From NCBI GenBank assembly GCA_051313645.2, contig JBNRSN020000003.1:484530001-484594000 (forward strand): DNA of 64,000 bases. Reading direction: 5' to 3'. The notes beneath the pieces were generated by a model. The model was not told where the DNA came from, did not search any database, and saw only the letters and a program-made list of their open reading frames with translations. Positions within the stretch are counted from its first letter, which is position 1, and each line of letters begins with the position of its first letter. Of the stretch, positions 1 to 11,693 are shown in pieces. This DNA is from Centroscyllium fabricii (taxonomy: Eukaryota). The position numbers and the translations under genes were made by a program.

Positions 1-149
1 ACATGTGCCAAGCTCCCTTTTGGTGAGAGCAGGAAATTGTGCTACAGTGTGATTGTAGTGCTGAAGATCTCTGCACCAGAACTACCTGTCCTCTCCTCCT
101 ACCTGCCAGTCCCATCAGGTATGTCCTGTCCACACAAAAATAGGATATT

Positions 150-1225
150 GGCCTCCACCAAATTATTAGTAAAGTGATGGAAAGAGTCATCAATAACGCC
201 GTCAAATGACATTCTCACCAATAACCTGCAGACCAATGCTTAGTTCATGTTCCGCCAAACACAGAAACACAGAAGATAAGAGCAGGAGTAGGCCATTCGG
301 CCCCTCGAGCCTGCTCCACCATTTTGATGAGATCATGGCTGATCATCCAAATCCAGCAGCCCCCTCCTACCCTCTCCCCATATCCCCCGAAACCCCCAAC
401 TCTAAGAACTATATCTCACACACATACTCATGGGCAATTTTTTTGTATCTCCAATTCACCTCACCTGCATGCCACTTGGCTTCAGACCCCGAACATAGAC
501 ATGAAAGCTGAATGCCACAGAGCCACATAAGGAGATATTAGGGCAGATGATCAAAAACTTGGTCAAAGACCATAAAAGTTCATGCCATATAAATACCTGA
601 TAATAACCATCTCCAATGAGATCAACCCAACCATCTGCCAAGACCTTCAATGATACCACTAAATCCCCCACCATCAACATTTTGGGGTCACCAGTGACCA
701 GAAATCTAATCAGATTAACTATTTCACCACCATAGATACAAGAGCTGGGGAGTGGCTGGGTACTCTGCAATGAGTGGCACTCCATGTACAAGGCTCAAGA
801 CAGGCCTTGGTCAGTGCAGCTGCAACAACACTTAAGAAACTTGATCCTATCTAGAACAAAGCAATTTGCTTCATCAGCTCCACTGCCAATGGACTCAATA
901 TTCACCCAGTGCACTGTGGCACCAGTATGCATTACTTGCAAGATGCACTGCAGCAACTCACCAAGTTTGCTTCAGCAGCAGTTCCCAGCCCATTGACCTC
1001 TACCACCAAGAAGGACAAGAGTGTCAACATCATGTGAACACCATCACCTCCAAGCCATACACCATCATGACTTGGACTTTTGTCTCTATTCCCTCATCGT
1101 TTCCGAGTCCAAATCCTGAAATACCCTACCTAACACCCTTGTGGGGAAGAATCACCACAAAGACTGATGTGGTTACAGAAGATGGCCCAACATCACCTTT
1201 GCAGGACAACTTGGGCTGGGCAGTA
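150..1225 (+). mobile_element. Degraded CR1/L2-group LINE RT and 3' fragment, interrupted by a SINE
   Basis: Degenerate peptides such as SKVMERVINNAVK, PTINILG and YKAQ..LQQHLRNL resemble the C-terminal RT region of CR1/L2-group LINEs; many stops and frameshifts. Confidence 0.65.
259..471 (-). mobile_element. 5'-truncated V-SINE (HE1-like) with CR1-derived tail
   Basis: Reverse complement matches the 3' half of the SINE at 21243-21616, including the GGCCGAATGGCCTACTCCTGCTC tail and (TTCTGTGT)n end. Confidence 0.85.
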
Positions 1226-1439
1226 AATATGGCCCTGCCATTGTCACACACATCCACTGAACAAGGTAGTGAATTGTAGGCAATGTTTGCTCTTTCTGAA
1301 CGGAGCATTATGATGTGACAGGAGGGCAACGTTTCTATTAAGTGTCCTTTTCTAGCCTATTTCAAACTAATAGTTCTAAAGCAAAAGGCTGGTGATTAAG
1401 CAACATCAAAAAATGTGCAGATACAATTATTTTTGTATT

Positions 1440-1820
1440 AAAATGTTTATATAAGGTAGAAGTAAACAAAGGACAATGAGCATAGGATCAGGGGGCAAAA
1501 ATATAAAAATTAACAGGTTTTGAGCATGGTTAGAGATTAGAAAAAGCTTTTTCCTCATACAAGGTGTTGGATATGTGAACAGACTCCCTGAGAAGGTCTT
1601 CGATTCAGAAACAGGTGGTGGCTTTAAAAAGGAGTTGGCTTCATTATCTCTTGAAAAAGGACTGAGATATTTAAAAACACTGTTAGTTTTCTTTTCCATT
1701 GGAAGTATGGGGATCAACAGATTATGTTGGAGTTAAATCAAGGATAGAATCGTCATACAAGGGCTCGGGCATGATGGGCCAAATGGCCCTTTCTTGTTCC
1801 AGATTTTCTTATGTTCTTTT
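1440..1820 (+). mobile_element. Old CR1 3' end fragment
   Basis: Degenerate match to the CR1 ORF2 C-terminus and the GGGCCAAATGGCC tail. Confidence 0.5.
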
Positions 1821-2542
1821 CAAGCATTTAAGATTATGAAATAATTTAATAAAATATACTTCTCCTTTAGTGTTTTAATTTCCATAGTATTAAGAAATTA
1901 ATAAGCTATGGGAAACAGCTGCCTCTGAGGGAATTATTCTGCACCTATGGTTCACTTCAGGGTGATTATGAGATTATGGAACATCGGAGATGCCTTTGTG
2001 GAGAGATGGCAATGGTAGCATTTCTCTTTCCTCCACAGTACTTCCTGATCTAAGGGACTCAGGGATTGATATCTTTCTTTATTGTTGCAAGCAAAGAAAA
2101 TGGTGCGGCAATGGGACTTTAGTAAGCTGAACAAAGTTGTACTTTACCAGGATCTACAGTTCAAATTAGGTTATAAACAGAAGGCAATCACTGAAATATC
2201 AATGTGAGTGCTAGAATCCATTTACAATCTCTCTAGGGAATCATTCAACGGCCAATTATTGCTATGTTGTGCATAAGTGAGTTCAGATTTAGGTGGTCTT
2301 TCAGTGAACTTTTGTTGGCCAAAATGGAGTAATCTTCTCAAGGTCTGATTGTGCCTTGTACAATAGGAAAGCATCATTATTTAGAATTATAAGCAATAGG
2401 AGGTAATAGAAATGAGTCGAATTCAAGAGTTTGACCCCTAATCCGTGCATAGTACACACTGGGCAATTCAATAAAGGAAATTCTTTGGTATCTGGCACCG
2501 ATGGGACCGGCGTGTTGCCGGTTGATCAAAAATCTCCCCCTT

Positions 2543-3490
2543 AAACTACAAAAGCATGGAAACTATGATGAACCTTTATAAAACACTGGTTCGGCCTCAA
2601 CTGGAGTATTGTGTCCAATTCTGGGCACCACACTTTAGGAAGGATGTGAAGGCCTTAGAGATGGTGCAGTAAAAATTTACGAGAATGATTCGAGGGTTGA
2701 GGGACTTCAGTTATGTGGATCGACTGGAGAAGCTGGGGTTGTTCCCCTTGGAACAGAGAAGATTGAGAGGAAATTTGATAGAGGTGTTCAAAATCATGAG
2801 GGAACTGAACAGAGTATAGAAACATAGAAACATAGAAAATAGGTGCAGGAGTAGACCATTCGGTCCTTCGAGCCTACACTGCCATTTAATGCGTTCATGG
2901 CTGAACATGCTACCTCAGTACCCAATTCCTGCTTTCTCGCCATACCCCTTGATCCCCCTAGTTGTGAGTATTATATCTAACTCCCTTTTGAATATATTTA
3001 GCGAACTGGCCTCAACAACCTTCTGTGGCAGAGAATTCCACAGATTCACCACTCTCTGGGTGAAGAAGTTCCTCCTCATCTCAGTCTTAAATGGCCTCCC
3101 CTTTATGCTTAGACTGTGACCCCGGGTTCTAGTCTTGCCTAACATTGGAAATAGAGAGACAATGTTCCCATTGGCAGAAGGGTTGTGAACCAGAGGATAC
3201 AGATTTAAGGTGATTGGCAAAAGAACCAAAAGCGACGTAAGAAAAAACTTTTTTACGCAGTGAGTGGTTAGGATCTAGAATGCACTGCCTGAAGGGGTGG
3301 TGGAGGAAGACTCAATCACAACTTTCATAAGGGAGTTGGATAAACACCTGAAAGAAAAAAAATTGCAGGGCTATGGGGAAAGGGCAGGGGGAGTGGGACT
3401 AGCTTAGGTGCTCTTGCAGGAAGCCAGCACGGGCTCGATGGGCCGAAAGGCCTCCTTCCATGCTGTAACCATTCTATGATTCTATGATAC
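2543..3490 (+). mobile_element. CR1 3' fragment interrupted by an antisense CR1 3' fragment (about 2815-3147)
   Basis: Plus strand gives [19 protein letters not shown] and an (ATTCTATG)n tail; the inner minus fragment encodes RRNFFTQRVVNLWNSLP with a (TTTCTATG)n tail. Confidence 0.85.
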
Positions 3491-4118
3491 TCTCACCATG
3501 CAGAGACCCTCGTTGCATGATGCTTCAGTGCAGAAGTACCGGGAGTTTTTACATGCTCCACGGTAGAATGCAGCTCCAAGCAACTGTTGTTCAGAACTGT
3601 GTAGATGCAGGTAATGAGTTCTCCACAGACACTGCTGAACGTGAAACATGTTTTGGGCAGATCCAAATGACTGCAGATAAGGCTCGCATCCAGATAGCAA
3701 CATTCTTTAATGGTTCAAGCCTCACAGGTTCCAAATCCCAGCACTCTACAGTTAAGGAAAGTTGTGAGCTGGCCCTCAAGCCAGTATGTCCCTGCTTCTC
3801 CCACACCATCAGCAAACACTCCTGCTCACTCACACTCTGTGCTTCACCCAATGATCCCTCTTCAAACTGATTATCTGGGTGGATGTATCTATGTTGGTGC
3901 TTGCAACAGGTAGAGTAAGTGACACCGGGTGGCGTGAGGTGCTGGTTTTTTCTGGAGGACTGGGAGCCCCTATTTTTCTTGGGGAAACTCCTAGACAAAT
4001 AGAGGAAACATTTATGGTCGGATGATGCCCACAAAACACCCCTTCAAATATTACTTCAGTAAGGAGCCCCATTGGTGAGCAGTCAAATGCCGGATTTCTT
4101 ACATATTTACCACACACT

Positions 4119-4292
4119 GGGTAAATTTTCAACTTGCTGCTTGGCTGTTAAACTGGCGATGTGCCTCGGGCACATTATCGAATCCGCCCAATTTTGAATT
4201 TCCCTGGAATTGAAGATCGGGTAGTTTCTAAAATGGGCAGCCAATCAGCAACACCAGTTTTACGCAAAGGAGGCAAGTTGAAAGTCTCGCCC
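4119..4292. mobile_element. Small TIR element (Harbinger-like MITE)
   Basis: Imperfect terminal inverted repeats GGGTAAATTTTCAACTTGC / GCAAGTTGAAAGTCTCGCCC. Confidence 0.55.
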
Positions 4293-4344
4293 AGCTCTCT
4301 GTACTCTGTGTATGAAGAAGGCCCAGCAGCACCCATTGACCTGT

Positions 4345-4530
4345 GCTGTAGCATTAGCAGTTTCAGGAGAGGAGGAGGTGTGAAAATGTGAAGAAAATTG
4401 GAAAAATACGCCGATAGGATTTGATGAAGAGCGGTGGGAGGAGGCTCATGTGGAGCATAAACTTCAGCATGGACTAGTTGGGCCGAATGGCTTGTACCTG
4501 TGCTGTACATTCCATGTAACTTGATGTAAA
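4345..4530 (+). mobile_element. CR1 3' UTR/tail fragment
   Basis: GGAGGAGGCTCATGTGGAGCATAAAC...GGGCCGAATGGC...TGTGCTGTA tail typical of CR1. Confidence 0.6.
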
Positions 4531-4991
4531 AGCAAAGTAGAATTAAGCAAGTCTATTATCTCACTGATGTTCTTTTCGAGGGAGAAAAAAAATCAATATG
4601 TTGGACTTTGCCCTTAAACCCAGCTTAGTACAAGTCACCAAGTAGATTAAGTTAAAGAACAAAATCAGATCAGGGAGCAGAGGGTTATAGCTGGTTTCAG
4701 ATTAGTTAAATTCATCATGGACGAAACTCTCACACGATTGCCTCATTATCTACTGCAGCAGACAGTGAAAATAAAAGTTCCTTTTTAATAAACATCAGAA
4801 ACACATTTGTGCAATAAATCAATGGTCTACAGAGCTGACAAGACATTATTAAGGAAGGAAGAAATAAAACAAATAAATCAGTTGATCTAAGAGGGTTGCG
4901 AGTGCCGTGCGCACTAGTCTTTACAGCAGCAAAACTACAAATAGCATCGAGGCACAACATATTAACATTGATTAAGGAAATTAATCTAATA

Positions 4992-5489
4992 CAGGTTGAG
5001 CACCATTAATCTGGCATGGGCGGGACCAGGCCTGTGCCGGGAAAGTGAAAATCCCGAATGATTGAAGCTTCGGCGAGCGCATGCGCAGATCATTCAAAAT
5101 GGCCACCGTGAAAGGCCAGCGGCCACTTTGAGTGGTCTGCACATGCGCTTATCGTTCGGTGAGTCCCAGCCCGCGTTCGGGGAATCCTGGCCCAGCCTGC
5201 GTTCGGGGAATCTCGGCCCAGCCCGCGTTCGGGGAATTCCGGCCCAGCCCGCATTCGGGGAATCCCGGCCCAGCCCGCGTTCGGTGAGTCCCGGCCCGCT
5301 ATCAGCTCGGAGAGACCATTGTGAATGATCTGCACATGCGCTCGCCGTTCAGCGGCGCATGCGCAGATCATTTGCCGAAGCATCAATTGCGGCAGCCATT
5401 TTGCACATGCGCGGGGCAGTCGGGGAAATTATTGCCAGACGTTCGAAGTTGCCGGTTTTTCGGGCAACGGATTAACGGTGCTCAACCTG
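4992..5489. mobile_element. Tc1/mariner-pogo (Tigger-like) non-autonomous MITE
   Basis: TIRs CAGGTTGAGCACCATTAATC / GATTAACGGTGCTCAACCTG, flanked by TA on both sides. Confidence 0.85.
5165..5294 (+). repeat. 26-bp GC-rich minisatellite, 5 copies, inside the MITE
   Basis: CCCAGCCCGCGTTCGGGGAATCCYGG units at 5165, 5191, 5217, 5243, 5269. Confidence 0.9.
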
Positions 5490-6547
5490 TAATACATATA
5501 TCATGTGTTCTTCAGTAGAATCCCTTAGACCCCCTTTATACTGCAGAACTCCCTCTACTCACAGTAGATCGGCAAAATGTGTCAGTTTGTGGTGTTCTGA
5601 ATTCACCCTTTGTAAACTGATTGCACAGTTGTTTAAAACTGTGATCCTGTTTTTTAAGCCTGACCATGCTAGGGGAAGGTCTGTTCAGGACGCCACTGTA
5701 TGCATTGCTAGTCTCTGCAGGTAGGCTGAGAGGTCTCAGGAGGCAAGAACAAAATCACTTCTTCAGGTGGTGCTCTGTGCTGAATAAATGTACACCACTG
5801 CCTTTATACTATGGAAGTACCATTGGAGGCAATGGCATAAGACAAATGGATATTAAGAGGCTATATCATTCCAGCAGGTTACTAACAGTTCAGGAAACTA
5901 GAAATTCCACTGCACATCCTTTGGGGTCAATTTTCCTCAAGGTATAGAAACATGGAAACATAGAAGATAGGAGCAGGAGCCATTCAGCCCCTCGAGCCTG
6001 GGGAATTGGTGGGTTTCCCGCAGGTCATGTTTTCTTCCCGTTTTCTAAAGCGTCTGGGAGATCCACGCAATTTTGGCTAAATTGGCCAATTAATTTCCAG
6101 TGTGTGGGGACCCTTGCTAATTAACTGTTTTCAGTCAGAAAGCTGGTGGGGTGCTGGCTGTTTAAAGAGCAGAGCCCCAAAGCCTAATAAAACCACAGGC
6201 CTTGATTGACAGTTGCAGTGTTTTCAATGGCTGCCTGCTGCAGCATGCCCGCATCACTGACAGCTAGTGGAGAGCTATCTGTCAAACATTGAAAATCAGC
6301 TGCAAGGTAAGTTTGTGAAAGCTTCTTGTGATAAACGTGTATATCACTTGTATATAGTTAACTACCATGTATCACGATGTAACCTATACCTGTACTGTAT
6401 TATACTATACTGTGAGATGATACCTGGGACATGCCCAGGTTGGCTCCGCCCACGACTCCTCCCCCGCAGGAGGAGGTATATAAGTGACTGCCCCCATCCC
6501 CCATGCCATTCCCGGGGACAGTCAACTTGCTGGTGCATGTTCCAGGT

Positions 6548-6627
6548 GTAGTGAATAAGAGCCTGATTGTTCCAACTTACTACTTGACTCCGAGGACGTT
6601 ATTGAAGGTTACAATTTTATTCACTAC
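6548..6627 (+). promoter_or_regulatory. Self-complementary PBS pair of element A
   Basis: LTR 6548-6560 GTAGTGAATAAGA pairs with post-LTR 6615-6627 TTTTATTCACTAC (13 bp, one G:U). Confidence 0.8.
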
Positions 6628-6635
6628 TGTTAAAA

Positions 6636-9600
6636 ATGGATACCACGATGCTCAAGCCAGCAGTGTTCGAAGTGGATCCCCGATCATCAGGAGCATCGAA
6701 CGCCTTCTCACACTGGCGCAATGTACTCGAAGGGTACATCAGAGCCAATGCAGCGGTCATCGTGACCGAGGAGCAAAAACGGCGACTCCTCCACGCCCGG
6801 GTGGGCCCTCAGGTGTACTCGATGATAGTGGATGCCCCATCGTTCCAAGAGGCCATCAGGATTCTTGAGACGGAGTACAATCGGGCACCAAATGTGGTCC
6901 ACGCTAGGCATAGACTCGCCACCAGAAAGCAACAAACCGGTGAGTCAAGTGTGCAGTTCCTAAGAGCCCTTAGAATACTGGCGCGGGACTGTGACTGCAG
7001 AGCGCTAACGGCCCAAGTCCATGTAGACAGCCTTATCAGAGACGCCTACGTCACAGGCTTAAAATCGGACTATGCCAAGCAGAGACTGCTGGACCAGAAC
7101 GGCCAGGACTTACAGGCGACTACAGACTTGGGGCACGCGCTGGATAGCGCCTCAACGGACTTATCCTCATACTCAAATAACTATGAAGGCCCAGCCCCGC
7201 AATCTAGGACAGTGCCGGCGCAACGACCGGCAGAAGAACTAATCACAGCTGCCCACGCGAAAACGGCAGCCAAATGCTACTTCTGTGGACAATCTCAGCA
7301 CTCAAGACGCAGCTGCCCTGCTAGAGAAGCGACCTGCTCGAAATGCGACAAGAAAGGACATTATGCGAAGGTTTGTAAAAACACTAGCATAAAATCTAAA
7401 CTGGGTAGCGCCGCGTGTGGAACAGGGGAGCAGCCATATTGGGCTCACCCATCCCCCACTCAGTATCCCTCGTGGCAGCAGCAGCAACAGCGGCCATCTT
7501 GGACTCAGCCTCCACCTCCACAGTACACCACATGGCGGCAGCCATCTTGGGGAGCGAACTCGGAGGACTACTCTCCGGATCAAGACAACTCGGAGGACCC
7601 GGTGTTAGCATCAATGATTATAGACCAGAGGAAGACTCAACCGCTGGAGAAATCTATGATGCCGGTGGAAATCAACGGTGAAGAGGTGGTGTGCCTGTTC
7701 GACAGCGGGAGCACAGTAAGTTTTATACACCAAAGTACTGTAAAGCGCCTCTCCCTTAGAGTAATCCCTGCGCGCCAGAGAATATCTATGGCGTCCAAGT
7801 CGGAATTTGCTGACGTTACCGGGCGCTGCATTGTAACACTTAATGTCCAGGGCGCAATGTTTAACGATTTTAGTTTTTACGTGCTGCCGCAGCTCTGCGC
7901 CCCCCTACTCCTGGGACTGGATTTCTAATGCCACCTCCAGAGCGTTACGATGGCATTCGGCGGATCCCTCCCCTCACTCACGGTCAGAAACCGCGGCTCA
8001 ATGCGGTACCCCCAGCACACTACCTGTGGCCTCTCGACCCTTAAGGTTGCCCCTCCATCCCTCTTTGCCAACCTCACCCCAGACTGCAAGCCCGTCGCCA
8101 CCAAAAGTAGGCGCTACAGTGCTGGGGACATGGCATTTATAAAATCTGAGGTGCAGCGCCTCCTAAAAGAAGGGGTAATAGAGGCCAGTAATAGCCCCTG
8201 GAGAGCGCAGGTAGTGGTAGTAAAAACCGGAGAGAAGAACCGGATGGTTGTGGACTACAGCCAGACCATAAACCGGTTCACTCAACTAGATGCCTACCCC
8301 CTCCCCCGGATAGCGGACATGGTGAACCAAATCGCCCAATTTAAAGTGTACTCCACGATCGATCTTAAATCGGCTTATCACCAGCTTCCCATCCGCCCAG
8401 AGGACCGTCCTTATACAGCCTTCGAGGCTGACGGTCGCCTCTACCACTTCCTTAGGGTTCCGTTTGGCGTCACGAATGGGGTCTCGGTCTTCCAAAGGGA
8501 GATGGACCGAATGGTTGATCGGTACGGGCTGTGAGCCACTTTCCCGTATCTTGATAATGTGACCATCTGCGGCCATGATCAGCAGGACCATGACGCCAAC
8601 CTCCAAAAATTTATCCACACGGCCAAAACCCTGAACTTAACATACAATAAGGAGAAATGCGTATTTAGCACCGCCCGTCTGGCCATCCTCGGCAGCGTGG
8701 TGGAGAATGGAGTCATCGGTCCAGACCCGGACCGCATGCGCCCCCTCATGGAGCTCCCCCTCCCCCACTCCCCCAAAGCCCTTAAACGGTGTTTGGGATT
8801 TTTCGCCTATTATGCCCAGTGGGTCCCTAATTATGCGGACAAAGCTCGCCCACTACTTAAATCGACCTCTTTTCCCCTTTCTGCAGAAGCCAACTCGGCG
8901 TTCTGCAGAATTAAAAACGATATTGCCAAAGCCACGATGCACGCTATGGATGAGTCCGTCCCATTTCAGGTAGAGAGTGATGCATCTGACTTTGCCCTGG
9001 CCGCCACCCTTAACCAGGCGGGCAGACCCGTGGCCTTCTTTTCACGTACCCTCCAAGGCCCCGAAAGCCGCCACTCCTCAGTCGAAAAGGAGGCCCAGGC
9101 CATTGTTGAAGCAGTGCGGCATTGGAAGCACTACCTGGCCGGCAAACGTTTTACCCTACTGACTGACCAACGATCAGTCGCATTCATGTTCAACAACAAG
9201 GAACGGGGTAAAATAAAGAACGACAAGATATTAAGGTGGAGAATTGAACTATCTGCGTTCAATTACGATATCTTGTACCGGCCCGGGATATTTAACGAAC
9301 CCCCAGACGCCCTATCCCGCGGTACCTGTGCCAGCACACAGGCTGACCGTCTCCAAACCCTTCACAATGACCTCTGCCGCCCGGGGGTCACTAGGTTGGT
9401 TCACTTTGTGAAGTCCCGCAACCTCCCCTACTCCATCGAGGAGGTCAAGACTCTGACCAGCAACTGCCAGGTCTGCGCGGAGTGCAAGCCGCACTTCTAC
9501 CGGCCAGACCGGGCGCACTTGATCAAGGCCACTCGCCCCTTTGAATGACTCAGTGTCGATTTTAAAGGGCCCCTTCCCTCATCTAATAGGAATGTGTATT

Positions 9601-10589
9601 TCCTTAACGTTATAGATGAGTACTCCCGCTTCCCTTTCGCCATTCCCTGCCAGGACATGACCTCCGCCACCATCATCAAAGCCCTTAATAGCATCTTCTC
9701 CCTGTTCGGGTACCCCAACTATATCCATAGTGACCGGGGGGCCTCTTTTATGAGTGACGAGCTGCGTCAGTTTCTGCTAGCGAAAGGCATCGCGACTAGC
9801 AGGACTACCAGCTACAACCCCCGGGGGAACGGACAGGTAGAGAGGGAGAACGCCACGGTCTGGAAAGCCATCCAGTTAGCCCTACGGTCTAAAGGCCTCC
9901 CAGTCACCCGATGGCAGGACGTCCTCCCTGAAGCACTCCACTCTATCCGGTCCCTCCTGTGCACTGCCACTAATGCCACCCCTCACGAAAGACTTTTTGC
10001 CTTCCCTAGGAAGTCAGCTTCCGGGACCTCGCTACAATCGTGGCTACTATCTCCGGGACCGGTCCTGCTTCGGAAGCATGTAAGGGGACACAAGGCAGAT
10101 CCCCTAGTCGAAAGGGTCCACCTCCTGCACGCCAATCCCCAGTACGCATACATAGCGTACCCCGACGGGAGGGAGGACACCGTGTCCATAAAGGATCTAG
10201 CCCCAGCAGGAGTCCCCAAACCCAGCCCCGCCAGGCAGCCCGCACTTCCAAGAAGCCCCGCCCAGCAGCCCGCGCACCCAAAATGTCCTGTGACGCTCCA
10301 CATGCCGCCGAAGCCAAAGTACGCTCCCCGACACGTGGGCCCAGTACCCCAGTATGTCCACAAGGCACCTGCGAGCAGCACGACCCGGCCCCAAGCTTGG
10401 ATCCACAACGCGCGCCCCCTAGAGTCAGAGGACGAAGGAGAGAACGCGCCCCCTGCTGTCAGAATAAGGGCACCACCGCCACCCAGAAGTAACACAACAA
10501 CCACCACTATTCGACCGGCATCAATGGAGCAACCGACACAAACAGCCGCTCCACGACCACGAACACCACAGGCACCACCAGCGGTGTGA
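6636..10589 (+). pseudogene. Element A gag-pol, one frame with in-frame stops at 7926, 8532 and 9546
   Basis: Two CCHC-type knuckles, protease LFDSGS, RT (IDLKSAYHQ, YLDN), RNase H (ESDASD), integrase (HSDRG, GNGQVER); the four ORF pieces share one frame. Confidence 0.93.
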
Positions 10590-11605
10590 AGATCGACGCG
10601 GACAACTAAACCGCCTGAAAGACTCGGCTGGGGGAGTGTCACGGCGAAGATCGACGTGGACAACTAAACCGCCTGAAAGACTCAATCTATAGTCAAAAGA
10701 ACTTTGTTTTAAAGAAATAATTTTTTTTTCCTCTCTCACTTGTAATTATTAGTCTTTTCACCCCGCCGTACTTTCGTTTTAAAGAAGGGGTGAATGTGAT
10801 AAACGTGTATATCACTTGTATATAGTTAACTACCATGTATCACGATGTAACCTATACCTGTACTGTATTATACTATACTGTGAGATGATACCTGGGACAT
10901 GCCCAGGTTGGCTCCGCCCACGACTCCTCCCCCGCAGGAGGAGGTATATAAGTGACTGCCCCCATCCCCCATGCCATTCCCGGGGACAGTCAACTTGCTG
11001 GTGCATGTTCCAGGTGTAGTGAATAAGAGCCTGATTGTTCCTACTTACTACTCGACTCCGAGGACGTTATTGAAGGTTACACTTCTTTCCCACTGATCTT
11101 GTACACCCCAGGGATACAGTTAGCCCTCAAGGGATACAGTTAGCCCTCCTGCAGGCTGGTGCCCAGGTAAGACTTCTGCTGCAGCTGATTGAATGTTTAC
11201 CTTTGACTTTCAGCTGATAGTCAGCAAGCCACTGTGTCCATGCTAGGTTTCATCGGCGGGGTTTCAGGCTGGCAGGTTTTGGGTGGGGAACACCTGACAA
11301 TTCCAAGGGCCCCTTAAAATGGCATTATACATGCCAATTAAAGGTCCTTTATGAGCCTAACGACCATCCCCGCTGGTGGCGGACGGTGTGGTAATATGGT
11401 TTACCACCAATGTATATAGTTATCTGTACGGTAACACTGCATTGTATATAATTGCCTCCTGTGGTTGCCTCTTGCCTACCTGGGATGCCTCAGCCAGCTC
11501 CACCTCCGGGCTCCACCCACAGGCTGCCATATAAAGGGCACAGCCCTGCTGACCTCATGGCATTCCAGGGTCGGTTAGTAACAAGATAAGACCTGTGCTC
11601 CAGTT

Positions 11606-11684
11606 CTTAGTTAATAAAAGCCTCAGTTGTATTCTTAACTTCGTCTTGAGTATAATTGATCGTGCATCAATTTTATTAACTAAG
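11606..11684 (+). promoter_or_regulatory. Self-complementary PBS pair of element B
   Basis: LTR 11606-11619 CTTAGTTAATAAAA is the exact complement of post-LTR 11671-11684 TTTTATTAACTAAG. Confidence 0.85.
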
Positions 11685-11693
11685 TTTTCAGCG

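Larger units (their letters stand above)
6327..11081 (+). mobile_element. Gypsy LTR retrotransposon A (no tRNA PBS; putative self-primed lineage)
   Basis: 287-bp LTRs 6327-6613 and 10795-11081 (TG..CA, 2 differences seen), 5-bp TSD CTTCT, PPT AAAGAAGGGGTGAA. Confidence 0.97.

Noticed and set aside
1952-2530. Short ORFs in non-repeat sequence
   Set aside because: Stops in all frames examined and no recognisable homology.
3482-4132. Overlapping 100-147 aa ORFs on both strands
   Set aside because: No recognisable domain or convincing splice context.
10588-10683. 38-bp direct duplication at the end of element A integrase, and a 20-bp duplication near 11110
   Set aside because: Local slippage-type duplications; the first is absent from the related element C.
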